Below are positions 37,550 to 50,122 of a stretch of DNA of 64,000 nt, in pieces (position 1 is the first letter of the stretch; the number at the start of each line of letters is the position of its first letter). The position numbers and the translations under genes were made by a program. A model generated the notes under the pieces. It was not told the DNA's origin, searched no databases, and worked only from the letters and a program-made list of their open reading frames with translations. This DNA is from an uncultured delta proteobacterium (GTDB lineage: Bacteria; Myxococcota_A; Polyangia; Palsa-1104), in assembly GCA_963785725.1 (NCBI GenBank), contig CAWAWS010000014.1, positions 256,001-320,000 on the forward strand, given 5' to 3'.

Positions 37550-38311
37550 ATGGCTCGTGCTCCAGCCCGTCGTGGCGGCCCTTCGATCATCGATCAGTAC
37601 GGCCTCAGGCCCGATCGCGGCGTCCTTTCGCTGTTGGCGGTGTATCTGGCGTCGTGGGCGATCATCAACTTCGGCGGCGCGGGCGTGCAGGCGTTCGCCG
37701 CCAAGCATCTGCTGCTCACGCCGCGCAGCGCCATCGGCTTCGAGCCTTGGCAGCTCATCACCAACGGCTTCGTCGTCGATGAGCTGGAGAGCGTCTTCTT
37801 CCTCTCGATCACGCTGATCTTCTTCGGCAATCAAGTCGAGCGCCTGCTCGGCGCGGGTAAGCTGTGGGCGGTTTATATCGCCGGCATCTTCGGCGGCAGC
37901 TTGCTGTGGGCGCTCTTGTCGCGCGTCTTTTGGCCCGACTTGACCGTCGTCGTCAGCACCGCCGCCGGCACTGCCATCTTGGCCGCCTACGCCGTGCAGC
38001 TCAGCCGGCAGCAGGTCTCGGCGTTCGGCGCGGTGCAAATGAGCGGCGGCGCCATCGCCTGGATCTGGATCGGCATCGCCGTCATCAGCGCGCTGTTTCG
38101 CGCGGCCAAGGGCCATTGGCTGTCGGCGTTGATGGAGCTCGTCGGCATGTTGGGCGGCGGCATCGCCGGCTACTTGATGGTGCGGCGCGGCGGCTTCAGC
38201 TTCGGCGGCGTCCGCGATTCGATGGACCGCGTCAAGATGTGGCGGCTGCGACGGCGCTACAAAGTCATTTCGGGCGGCCGCAGCGGCGACGACAAGAGAT
38301 ACTTGAACTAA
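37550..38311 (+). CDS. Rhomboid-fold membrane protein lacking catalytic residues
   Basis: PWQLIT and FFG..VER.LG...Y..GI.GG are present, but there is no GxSG and no AHxGG. Confidence 0.75.
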   Translation: MARAPARRGGPSIIDQYGLRPDRGVLSLLAVYLASWAIINFGGAGVQAFAAKHLLLTPRSAIGFEPWQLITNGFVVDELESVFFLSITLIFFGNQVERLLGAGKLWAVYIAGIFGGSLLWALLSRVFWPDLTVVVSTAAGTAILAAYAVQLSRQQVSAFGAVQMSGGAIAWIWIGIAVISALFRAAKGHWLSALMELVGMLGGGIAGYLMVRRGGFSFGGVRDSMDRVKMWRLRRRYKVISGGRSGDDKRYLN

Positions 38312-38338
38312 TAATGCTGCGCTAATATAGAAGGCCGC

Positions 38339-39781
<1,443 letters not shown>

Positions 39782-39808
39782 TCGGCGAATCAGCGACTGG
39801 GAATGAAG

Positions 39809-39837
39809 CGCGCGCGCCAATCGTCTCGGCGCGCGCG
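39809..39837. terminator. GC hairpin between convergent genes
   Basis: CGCGCGCGCC-N9-GGCGCGCGCG; no U-tract. Confidence 0.5.
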
Positions 39838-39847
39838 ATGAGGCGGG

Positions 39848-41035
39848 TTACTTCTTCTTCTGCGGCGGACGCTGCGTCGGATGCTGCGCCGGCGGATGGT
39901 ACGTCGTCGCGCCGCCCGGCGCCGGATGCTGCGGCTGCGGCTGCGGGCGATAGGGCTCGCTCGCGCCGATGTGCGGCGCCGGCCGCGCGCCCTGCTGCGG
40001 ATGGAACTCCTGCGCCGGCTGCTGCTGCACCGGATGCATCGGCTGGCTCGGGTGGTACTCCTGCACCGGATGCATCGGCTGGCTCGGGTGGTACTCCTGC
40101 GCCGGATGCATCGGCTGCTGCTGCTGAATCGGACGAACCGGCTGCCCATGATACGGCTCGCCCGGATGTCCCGGCTGGCCGCCGTGGAAGCCGCCCGGCG
40201 CGCCGCCCGGACGAACCGGCCGACCCGGCGCCGGCGCACCGACGGGAGCGCCGGCGCGAACCTCGACCGGCCGCGGCGCGCCACCCGGACGATACGGCGG
40301 CGGCGGCGCGATCGGACGCGAGCCCGGCGGCGGCGGCATCACGACGCGCGGCCGACCTTCGACGTGCACGAACGCGTCGCGACGTCCGCCCGGCGGCGCC
40401 GGCACGAACGCGCCGCGGAATCCCACCGGCGGCGGGAAGACGCGGTAGCCCGGCCGCGGCGGCACGACGCGCACGTAGACCGTCGGTGGCGGCGGCTGGA
40501 AGATGTAGCCCGGCCGGCCCCAGAAGCCTTCGACGATGACGACGTTGCCGCCGCGCACCTCGTAATACGGCTCGTTGTAGACGAAGCCCGGCTGCGGCGG
40601 CAGCGTCCAGCGGCCACGCACCCAAACCCACTCACCGCGCCAACGCCAGAAGCCATTGACCCAAATCGCGCCATCCCACGGCGCGTAGCCCGGGTCTTCC
40701 TCGATGTACGGCGGCGGCGCGGCCGGCGCGGCGATCGCTTCCGGCTGTCCGACCGGATATTGATCGACCGTCTCCGACGGCGGCGGCGGCTGATTCGGAT
40801 CGTAATACTCGTCGTCGACGTCGGCTTCGGGCGGCGCCGGATTCTGCTCCGAATATTGCGCCTGCTGCACCTCGGGCGGCGGCTGATACTGCGCCTGCGG
40901 CGGCGGCTGGTACTGATACTGCTGTACCGGCTGCTGCGCGACGGGCGGCGGGGGTTGATACTGAGGTTGTGGCGGTGGGCTCTCGGCGCAGCCCAACAGC
41001 GTGGCTGTCAGCACGAGCGTCAACTTCCGTCTCAT
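39848..41035 (-). CDS. Pro/Gln-rich lipoprotein with YXWGXW-type repeats
   Basis: AGGAGG RBS and LLGC lipobox; WVNGFW.W....WVWVRGRW; low-complexity tails. Confidence 0.8.
   Translation of the reverse strand: MRRKLTLVLTATLLGCAESPPPQPQYQPPPPVAQQPVQQYQYQPPPQAQYQPPPEVQQAQYSEQNPAPPEADVDDEYYDPNQPPPPSETVDQYPVGQPEAIAAPAAPPPYIEEDPGYAPWDGAIWVNGFWRWRGEWVWVRGRWTLPPQPGFVYNEPYYEVRGGNVVIVEGFWGRPGYIFQPPPPTVYVRVVPPRPGYRVFPPPVGFRGAFVPAPPGGRRDAFVHVEGRPRVVMPPPPGSRPIAPPPPYRPGGAPRPVEVRAGAPVGAPAPGRPVRPGGAPGGFHGGQPGHPGEPYHGQPVRPIQQQQPMHPAQEYHPSQPMHPVQEYHPSQPMHPVQQQPAQEFHPQQGARPAPHIGASEPYRPQPQPQHPAPGGATTYHPPAQHPTQRPPQKKK
40025..40117. repeat. 36-bp coding tandem repeat (~2.6 copies)
   Basis: CTGCACCGGATGCATCGGCTGGCTCGGGTGGTACTC twice plus a partial copy; encodes QPMHPVQEYHPS. 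Confidence 0.85.
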
Positions 41036-41088
41036 CCGAATCCTCCTGGGCATTGGACGGCTGCAAAACATAAGTCATTCATTATAGT

Positions 41089-42078
41089 GTGAACCGCATG
41101 GAAACGGTGTTTTCTGGCATTCAGCCTTCGGGCGGCTTTCATATCGGTAACTATTTCGGGGCCGTGCAGAACTGGGTCGAGCTGCAGTCGAGCTATCGCT
41201 GCCTCTACTGCATTGTCGATTTGCACTCGCTGACGCAGTCGTATGACCCGAAAGAGATGCCCGATCGCGTGGTGACGCTGGCGGCGGAGCTGCTGGCGTC
41301 GGGCATCGATCCCAACCGCTCGGTGCTGTTCGTGCAGTCGCACGTGCCCGAGCACTCCGAGCTGGCGTGGATTCTGTCGTCGGTGACGCCGTACGGCGAG
41401 CTGTCGCGCATGACGCAATTCAAGGAGAAGAGCGAGCGCGAGCCCGACAACATCAACGCCGGCCTCATGAGCTATCCGATCTTGATGGCGGCCGATATTT
41501 TGCTGTATCGCGCGCAGCGCATTCCCGTCGGTGCTGACCAGATTCAGCACCTCGAGCTCGCGCGCGAGATTTGTCGCCGCTTCAACAGCCGCTTCGGCGA
41601 CGTCTTTCCCGAGCCGCAGCCGCTGCACACGAAGGTGACGAAGATCGTCGGGCTCGACGGCAAAGCGAAGATGTCGAAGTCGCTCGGCAACAGCGTGCAG
41701 ATCGCCGACGAGCCGGACGTCATTCGCACCAAGATCAAAGGCGCGTTCACCGACCCGAAGCGGCTCAAGAAGGCCGATCCCGGCCATCCTGACGAGTGCT
41801 ACGTCTGCTCGCTGCAGGGCCTGTTCGCGACGCCGGAAGAGACGGCGCAGTATCACGACAACTGCCGTAATGCGGCGTGGGGCTGCATCGACTCGAAGAA
41901 GGCGCTGGCCGAGAACATGGTCAAGAAGCTGGCGCCGATTCGCGAGGCGGCGGCCGAATGGAAGGCGCACCCCGAGCGTATTCGCCAGGTGCTCGGCGAC
42001 GGCGCGCAGACGGCGCGCGTGCTCGCCCACGACACGATGGAGAAAGTGCGGGCGGCGCTCGGCCTTTACGGCGGATGA
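41089..42078 (+). CDS. trpS: Tryptophanyl-tRNA synthetase
   Basis: SGIQPSG..HIGNY, YPILMAADIL, PVG.DQ.QH and KMSKS. Start is GTG41089 or ATG41098. Confidence 0.97.
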   Translation: MNRMETVFSGIQPSGGFHIGNYFGAVQNWVELQSSYRCLYCIVDLHSLTQSYDPKEMPDRVVTLAAELLASGIDPNRSVLFVQSHVPEHSELAWILSSVTPYGELSRMTQFKEKSEREPDNINAGLMSYPILMAADILLYRAQRIPVGADQIQHLELAREICRRFNSRFGDVFPEPQPLHTKVTKIVGLDGKAKMSKSLGNSVQIADEPDVIRTKIKGAFTDPKRLKKADPGHPDECYVCSLQGLFATPEETAQYHDNCRNAAWGCIDSKKALAENMVKKLAPIREAAAEWKAHPERIRQVLGDGAQTARVLAHDTMEKVRAALGLYGG

Positions 42079-42461
42079 CGGCGCGACTGAAACATGTTCT
42101 AGTATTGGGTATGCTCGCGGGTTGCGGTGGTGCGCGTTCGCCCGAAGGCGCGGTTCGCGCGCTGCAAGAGGCGGCCGAGACCGGCGATCGCGACGCCGTG
42201 TGGCAGCTCTTGGGCCCGGCGACGCGGGCGCGGCTGACGGCGGACGCGCAAAAGGCGGCGCAAGCGGCCGGTCGTCGCGAATTGGGCCCGCGCGACCTGT
42301 TGGCCGCCGGCTGGTCGGCGCCGCGCTGGCACGCCGCCGAGTACGACGTGCTCGCCAGCGACGGGACGACCGCGACGGTCGAAGTGCGCGGCCCGGCGCA
42401 CGAACGCGAGACGCTGCGCTGTATCCGGCAAGGCGGGCAGTGGACGGTGGAGCTGCCGTGA
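42075..42461 (+). CDS. Hypothetical lipoprotein (NTF2-like)
   Basis: ATGA overlap with trpS; LAGC lipobox; ends in G.W.V. Confidence 0.7.
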   Translation: MTARLKHVLVLGMLAGCGGARSPEGAVRALQEAAETGDRDAVWQLLGPATRARLTADAQKAAQAAGRRELGPRDLLAAGWSAPRWHAAEYDVLASDGTTATVEVRGPAHERETLRCIRQGGQWTVELP

Positions 42462-43192
42462 GCGAGCGCACGCGAGCGATGGCGAACGAGGCCGCGCCGC
42501 CGGCGACGTCGTTCCATCGCCTGGCCGTCGTCGACGCGTGGGACGAGACGCCGACGCTGCGTGGCGTGCGGCTCGACTTGGGCGCGCTGGCGCCGACCTA
42601 CGCGCGGCCGGGCCAGGTCGTGAAATTACGCGCGCGCGACTGCGAGGCCTACTTCGCGCTCGCCAGCGCGCCCAGCGCCGATGGCTCGGGCGAGCTGCTC
42701 GTCAAGCGCGGCTCGCCCGTCGCCGACGCGCTCGCCGCCGCCGCGCCCGGCACGCTCGTCGAAGCCACGGCGCCGTTCGGCGACGGCTTTCCCGTCGACG
42801 CCGCGCGCGGCCGCGACGTGCTCTTGTTCGCCGCCGGCGCCGGCATCACGCCGGTGCGCGCGCTCACGCAGTGGCTGCTCGCGCAACGCTGTCACGGCAA
42901 GCTCGCCCTCTTCTACGGCCAGCGCAGCGACCGCGACTTCGCCTACGTCCGCGAGCACGACCGCTGGCGCGCCGACGGCGTGCACCTCGTCTTGTGCGCC
43001 TCGCAGCCGTCGCCGAGCTGGACCGGCGCGCGCGGCTACGTCCAGACCGTCGCCGACGAGCTGCGGCTACACCACGTCGGCACCGACAACGCCGTCGCCT
43101 TCTTGTGCGGCATGCGCCCGATGGTCGACGATGTGCGCCGCGTGCTTCAGCAGTACGGCTTGCCGCCCGAGCGCGTCTTCCTCAACGTCTGA
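42458..43192 (+). CDS. Ferredoxin-NADP-reductase-like FAD/NAD(P)-binding oxidoreductase
   Basis: PGQ, PFGDGF, AAGAGITP, GYVQ and LCG motifs; GTGA overlap with the upstream gene. Confidence 0.85.
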   Translation: MSERTRAMANEAAPPATSFHRLAVVDAWDETPTLRGVRLDLGALAPTYARPGQVVKLRARDCEAYFALASAPSADGSGELLVKRGSPVADALAAAAPGTLVEATAPFGDGFPVDAARGRDVLLFAAGAGITPVRALTQWLLAQRCHGKLALFYGQRSDRDFAYVREHDRWRADGVHLVLCASQPSPSWTGARGYVQTVADELRLHHVGTDNAVAFLCGMRPMVDDVRRVLQQYGLPPERVFLNV

Positions 43193-44250
43193 CGCAGCGC
43201 CATCAGCAGCAGAAAGCCCACGAAAATCCACGACGAAGCCGCGCGCTCGCCGGCGACGCTGCAGCCCGAGCTGGCGGGCTTGGTGCCGGCGATGCAGAAG
43301 CCGGCGTCGTCGATCTCGCCGCAGTAGTAGCCGGTCGGACAGCTGTCCTCGCCCGACGCGCCGCACGCCTGCATGCAGTAGTCGGTCTTGCCGTCGCTGC
43401 CGCAGATCTGCGACGCGCAGTCGCGGTTGGTCGTGCAAGCGGCGCCGATCGCGCCCTGCGTCGTCGGCGGATCGACCGAGTTGACGTACTGATCGATGAA
43501 CGCGCTGTAGGAGGCGAGGTTGGTGTCGACGGCGCCTTGCGACACCGTGCAGTTGGTGTCGCCGTACGACGTGACGCCGGCGATGACCTCTTTGCCGGCG
43601 ACGTTCAGAAACCCGGGCCCGCCCGAGTCGCCTTCGCAGTCGTCGTTGGTCTTGCCGATGAGCGTGATGCCGACGTCGTTGACGGCGGTGACTTTGGCGC
43701 TGCCCATGCGCCGAATGCCGGCCGTGCTCGTGTCCGGCGGATCGCCGCCTTTGGTGACGCCGTAGCCGACGATGCGCGCCGTCTTGCCGACGTAGCTCTT
43801 GCCGAGGCTCGTGTGGTTGTACGAGAGCGGCGCGAGGCCGAGCGGCTGATTGAAGATGCCGACCGCGATGTCGTGCCCCTGCTTTTGAATCGCGGTGATG
43901 TCGTTGACGAACGCCGGATCGTAGTGCGTCTCGTCGACGGGGATGAAGTTGGCGTTGCCCGCGGTGTTGAAGTCGTCGAGCGGCATGATCGAGAACTGCG
44001 AGCCCGGCGCGACGGCATCGGGCGACACGCAGTGCGCCGCCGTGATGACGACGTGCGGTGAAATGACCTCGGCCGTGCAGATCGACGCGACGGTGGCGCC
44101 TTCGGCCTGCGCGTACCACATGACGACGCTGGTGTCGGTCGTGTCCGCGGTGCCGCCGACGATGGCCTCGGTCACGCCGGCAACGGGCGCGCCGGCGCTG
44201 CAAGCGGTCAGCGCGAGGCCGAGCCCGCACACGAGGCCGATACGCGTCAT
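43147..44250 (-). CDS. Trypsin-like (S1) serine protease with Cys-rich domain and MYXO-CTERM tail
   Basis: IVGG, TAAHC, HDIAV and GDSGGP; Cys-rich module; SGCSV then a TM helix. Confidence 0.9.
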   Translation of the reverse strand: MTRIGLVCGLGLALTACSAGAPVAGVTEAIVGGTADTTDTSVVMWYAQAEGATVASICTAEVISPHVVITAAHCVSPDAVAPGSQFSIMPLDDFNTAGNANFIPVDETHYDPAFVNDITAIQKQGHDIAVGIFNQPLGLAPLSYNHTSLGKSYVGKTARIVGYGVTKGGDPPDTSTAGIRRMGSAKVTAVNDVGITLIGKTNDDCEGDSGGPGFLNVAGKEVIAGVTSYGDTNCTVSQGAVDTNLASYSAFIDQYVNSVDPPTTQGAIGAACTTNRDCASQICGSDGKTDYCMQACGASGEDSCPTGYYCGEIDDAGFCIAGTKPASSGCSVAGERAASSWIFVGFLLLMALRQTLRKTRSGGKPYC

Positions 44251-44325
44251 CGCCGTATCATATCGGCAATCGCCGCGACGATCGATGTGCGCGATGTAAG
44301 CGAGCGGCGAGAAGCGACGGGCGAC

Positions 44326-45558
44326 TTAGAATTCGAAGGCGGCCGAGACACCGCCGCCTTGCGTGCTGAACACCGGCGACACGCGCAGCGTCTGCTTGAT
44401 CACCGCCGCCGTCTGCCGTTCGCTCGCCTTGGCGTGCGCCGCCTGCCGATCGCCGACGATGAACGACACGACGCCCGATGCCGCCAGCGCGCCGGTCGCG
44501 ATCCACAAGCCCGTCGTCGCGTTGGCGAAGTTGTTGCCGGTCGAGCAGTCGCTCTTGTACTTGCCGACGTTGCCGCTGACGGTGCCCGGCACATTGCAGC
44601 TCGGGTTCTTGTTGATGAACATCTGGCCGTTGGAGTCGCTGGCGGTGAGGCCGCGCAAGTCGTCGTGCGCTTTGCCTTCGTAATTGACGTAGGTGCGCCA
44701 CGTGTAGATGGCGACGGCCGTGGTCACGAGCGCGCCACCGACGAGCGCCGCGCCCGCGATCTTGGCGGCGCGACCGGGATGGTCGCGCCGCGGCGCGACC
44801 GCCGGCAACATCGGCGTCGCCATCGGCACCGGCTCGGGCGGCGGCGGCTCGGCCTTGGCGACGACCGCCGGCGCTTCGGCCTCGAGCACCGCGTTCAGGT
44901 CCTGGTTCGCGCCCGGCCGCAGCTCGATCGTGCGCGTCGCCGACAGCCGCCCGCTCAGCGACAGCACGATCTGATGCGTCCCCGCCGACAGCTCGCGCAA
45001 CGTCAGCGGCGTCTTGCCGTAGCCCGTGCCGTCGACGGTGACGAGCGCGCCCGTCGGATCGGTGGTCACCGTCAACGTCGGCTTGGTGTCGATCTCGACG
45101 AGCTGCGCGAACCACCTGCCGGCGACGATGTTGACCTGCCCAGCCGCGAGCTCGCGCTTGGTGGCGCTGTCGTTGACGAACTTCTCGACCGCCCCGCTGC
45201 GCACGTCCAGCAGCTTCAACGCCAATGAAAACGTAGCTTTCGGGCCCTTCTTGATGACGCCGTAGAGGAGCTTGTCGGCGCCGAGCGACTTGCCGGCCTG
45301 CGCCATACAGCCAGGCGCCTCGCCGTCGCAGTTGAAGATCATCTTGATCTCGATCAGATCTTTGCCTTGCACGACCCGCACGCCGCTCGTCGCTGCGGCG
45401 CGCTGGCGGAGCGCATCTGTCACCTGCTGCGCCAGCGCTTCGGGCACGTCCACCGTCTCCAGGCCGAGCACGGCGACGCCTACATCGGGCGCCGCGCCCG
45501 CGTTCCCGGCCAGGCCGAGCGCGAGCAACGCCCCGATTACGGATAGATAGCGACGCAT
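44326..45558 (-). CDS. PEGA-domain exported protein
   Basis: Signal peptide; PEGA TDPTGALVTVDG..GKTP..G.H; C-terminal hydrophobic helices and terminal FEF. Confidence 0.82.
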   Translation of the reverse strand: MRRYLSVIGALLALGLAGNAGAAPDVGVAVLGLETVDVPEALAQQVTDALRQRAAATSGVRVVQGKDLIEIKMIFNCDGEAPGCMAQAGKSLGADKLLYGVIKKGPKATFSLALKLLDVRSGAVEKFVNDSATKRELAAGQVNIVAGRWFAQLVEIDTKPTLTVTTDPTGALVTVDGTGYGKTPLTLRELSAGTHQIVLSLSGRLSATRTIELRPGANQDLNAVLEAEAPAVVAKAEPPPPEPVPMATPMLPAVAPRRDHPGRAAKIAGAALVGGALVTTAVAIYTWRTYVNYEGKAHDDLRGLTASDSNGQMFINKNPSCNVPGTVSGNVGKYKSDCSTGNNFANATTGLWIATGALAASGVVSFIVGDRQAAHAKASERQTAAVIKQTLRVSPVFSTQGGGVSAAFEF

Positions 45559-45585
45559 TGCGCCGCATTATACACTAAGGCTGCA

Positions 45586-47124
<1,539 letters not shown>

Positions 47125-47185
47125 GCACTCCGAGCAGAATGTCGGAGCGATTTGCGTAGTCCGCGCGCGCTGCTAAAGTGGCGCC

Positions 47186-47614
47186 GTGGCTCAGTCGGAA
47201 CCCGATCTGCCGCGCATCGTGCGCGTCCTGCTCGTCGAGGACAATCCGCACGTCGCCGAGCTCATCACCGACGGCCTCGACGGCGCCGCGCGGCGCGACT
47301 TGGGCGGCCGCGTCGCCTTCATCTTCGACGTCGTCGGCGACGGCCAAATGGCGCTCGAGCGGCTCGCCGAAGTGGATCCCGATCTCATCATCCTCGACGT
47401 CTACATGCCGGTGATGGACGGCTCGGCGTTCCTGCGTTTCTTGCGCGCGCGGCCGCGTCACGCCTCGACGCCGGTCATCGCGCTGTCGGCGGGCGGCCCG
47501 TCGGCGCGCGACGCCGCGATGGCCGCCGGCGCCGACGTCTTCCTCGACAAGCCGCTCCGGCTCAACGAGGTGCTGGGCGCGGCGGTGCGGCTGCTTTCTG
47601 TCGCAATGCCGTGA
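47186..47614 (+). CDS. Single-domain response regulator
   Basis: LLVEDN, ILDVYMPVMDG, ALSA and DKP. Confidence 0.9.
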   Translation: MAQSEPDLPRIVRVLLVEDNPHVAELITDGLDGAARRDLGGRVAFIFDVVGDGQMALERLAEVDPDLIILDVYMPVMDGSAFLRFLRARPRHASTPVIALSAGGPSARDAAMAAGADVFLDKPLRLNEVLGAAVRLLSVAMP

Positions 47615-50102
47615 GCGCCGCTTCCTGCGCTTCGTTCGGCGCGCAGGCCAAGCCCAGCTCGATCTCGCTCTTCGCTTCGGCCGCGCGTCCCAGCTGCTGC
47701 AGCGCCCGCGCCCGCGCCACGTGCACGTCGACGTCATAAGGCGCGATATTTTGCGCCAGCGTCGAGGCGCGCACGACGTCGGCCCAACGGCCCAGCTTGT
47801 CGTAATGCTCGACGAGCGCCTTCGGAATCGACGCGTCCATCACGTCCAGCTGCGCCGCCGTCTCCCATTCGCGCAAGGCCGCCGCTTCGTCCGTCTTCAA
47901 CAGCGCTTTGCCTAATCCGACATACGGCTCGGCGGCGTCGGGATCGAACTGCTTGGCCAACGCCAGCTGCTTCTTGGCCTCCTCGAGGTTGCCTTCGTCG
48001 ACGGCCAGCTTGCCGAGCAGATAGCGCGCGTCGTAGCCGTCGCCGTGGCCGAGGTCGATGAGCGAGTCGAGCATCGAATGCGCCATCGCCCGATCTTTGC
48101 GCGCCATCGCCAAATGCGCCGCCGCCAACGCCAGCTCGCGCGGCTTGGTGAGCGACTTGCCGTCGCGCGCCTGGGCCACGAGATCGTGCAGGCTGTCGAT
48201 GAGCTTCTGCGCCGCCTCGCCTTGTCCCGCCGTCACCAACGCCAGCGCCATCAAGCCTTTGGCGCGCGCGTCGTCGGGATGCGCGGCCAGCTGGTCGCGC
48301 AGCGCTTCGATGTCGGAGAAGTCGCTCGGCCGCACGAAGAACTCGCCTTCGTAGGGCTTGAGCCGCGCGCGCAGATCGGCCTCGAACGCCGCGTCGTAGG
48401 CTTTGACGTCGAGCCCCGTGATCGCCGGGATGACGTCGGCCGAATCCTTGCCTTGCGCGAACAGCGTCAGCGCTTTGGGCACCACCGCAAAACCCCAGCG
48501 ACGCACGAGAAACATCACCTCCTCGGCCGCTTGATGGTAGGTCACGACCATGTGCGAGACGTCGCGGGCGCGCGTGAAACCGGCATTCAAGTCGCCGACC
48601 GACAGCAGCTTGCCGTCGCTGAGCGCGCGATAGAGCTCGGCGTGCGTGCGTCGCGTCCAGGTCGGGTCGACGCGCGCCGTCTCGTACTCCGACAGCCCTT
48701 CGGTGAACCAGCGCGGCACGCGCGCGCGCGACATTTGTATGGAAAACACGTGCGCGACTTCGTGCCAGAGCATCATGCCCCAGTTGAAGTTGGCCTTCAT
48801 CGGCGACAGCGCCGTCACGACTTTGCCGAAGGTGACGCCGAGCGGCTCGATGCCCGGCAGCCCGACCGTGCGCACCGAAAAATGCTCGGGATCGGCGAAC
48901 AGCTCGATCGTCAGCGGACCTTGCGGCGTAAATCCATAGCGCGCCACCAGCTCCTTGTATTCGCGCGTCACCATCGGCGTCACGTAATGCAAGAGCGGCA
49001 GCTCTTCCTTCTTGCTCACGCGAAAACGAAACGGGGTCCCTTCGACGGTCACGTACTGCTTGGCGATGATGTCGTCGTAGAGGTTGAGCAAGTTGTAGGT
49101 GCGGACGTTGTAAGGATCGCGCTTCCACGCTTCGCGCAGCGACTCGAGGCCTTTGGCGTCGTCGCCGAGCCGCAGCCAGTTCGTGCCGATCGCCGCCAGC
49201 GCCACCCACGACTTCGGCTCCAGCTTCAGCGCTTCGGCCTCCATCTGGTTGGCTTCGTCGTAGCGATGCTCCTTGACCAGGAACTCGGCGACGCCGTGAA
49301 AGAATTCCCAGGCGCGCGGGTTCACCTTCAGCACGCGATCGCGCTCGGCCGCGTACGCGCGCGGGTCGTCGCGCAAGTAGCGCACCGCGGCGACGAGCGT
49401 ACGCGCCCGTAATTCGTCGGGATTGAAGGCGAGCACCTTCTGCGCCGCGGCCACGGCTTCGGGCCAGCGCTCGTCGTCGACGAGCTTCTCGGCGCGCAAG
49501 TCGAGCGCGGTCACGTTCTTCGGATCGGCTTGCAGCGCCGCCGTCAGCTCTTTGTCGGCGGCGGCGATGTCGTTCTGCTCCATCTTCACGCGCGCCATCA
49601 ACGCGTGCGCTTCGGCGTCGTGCGGCAACACTTTGAGCGCCTCTTGCAGCGACACTTCGGCGTGTCCGGCGTCGTATTTCTCGAGGAACAGCGCCGCCCA
49701 CGCGATGTTGGCGCGCGCGCCGTCGGCGCCTTTCGGGTCGGCGTCGACGGCGTCGCGGAACGTGTCGTTGGCGTCCGACCAGCCGCCGAGATAGCGCGCC
49801 GCTTCGGCGACGTACGTGAGGTCGCGCGCCGACTTGTGATCGAGCGTGTTGGCCTCGTAATCGTCGTAAAAGCGGTTCCAGACGGCGCGCTCGGCGTCGC
49901 GCTGGCCGGTGGCGCGATAGACGAGCCCGAGCTGCCGCCGGGCCGCGAACGCCTTCGGATCCTTCTTCACGACCGGCTCGAGCAGCGCCTGCGCCTCGGC
50001 AAAACGGCCGCTCTTGCGCAGCCGCTCACCGTCGGCAGCGGCGTCCGCGTGCGCGGTCGTCGTAAACGCTAGGAGCACAAGGGGTACGAGCGGTCGCCAC
50101 AT
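47562..50102 (-). CDS. Exported TPR protein with clan-MA zinc-peptidase-like domain
   Basis: Signal peptide ending AHA; TPR arrays; HEVAH followed by PRWFTEGLSEY. Confidence 0.85.
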   Translation of the reverse strand: MWRPLVPLVLLAFTTTAHADAAADGERLRKSGRFAEAQALLEPVVKKDPKAFAARRQLGLVYRATGQRDAERAVWNRFYDDYEANTLDHKSARDLTYVAEAARYLGGWSDANDTFRDAVDADPKGADGARANIAWAALFLEKYDAGHAEVSLQEALKVLPHDAEAHALMARVKMEQNDIAAADKELTAALQADPKNVTALDLRAEKLVDDERWPEAVAAAQKVLAFNPDELRARTLVAAVRYLRDDPRAYAAERDRVLKVNPRAWEFFHGVAEFLVKEHRYDEANQMEAEALKLEPKSWVALAAIGTNWLRLGDDAKGLESLREAWKRDPYNVRTYNLLNLYDDIIAKQYVTVEGTPFRFRVSKKEELPLLHYVTPMVTREYKELVARYGFTPQGPLTIELFADPEHFSVRTVGLPGIEPLGVTFGKVVTALSPMKANFNWGMMLWHEVAHVFSIQMSRARVPRWFTEGLSEYETARVDPTWTRRTHAELYRALSDGKLLSVGDLNAGFTRARDVSHMVVTYHQAAEEVMFLVRRWGFAVVPKALTLFAQGKDSADVIPAITGLDVKAYDAAFEADLRARLKPYEGEFFVRPSDFSDIEALRDQLAAHPDDARAKGLMALALVTAGQGEAAQKLIDSLHDLVAQARDGKSLTKPRELALAAAHLAMARKDRAMAHSMLDSLIDLGHGDGYDARYLLGKLAVDEGNLEEAKKQLALAKQFDPDAAEPYVGLGKALLKTDEAAALREWETAAQLDVMDASIPKALVEHYDKLGRWADVVRASTLAQNIAPYDVDVHVARARALQQLGRAAEAKSEIELGLACAPNEAQEAALTALRQKAAAPPRPAPR

Positions 50103-50122
50103 GCCGGTGTTATGATCTAGCA

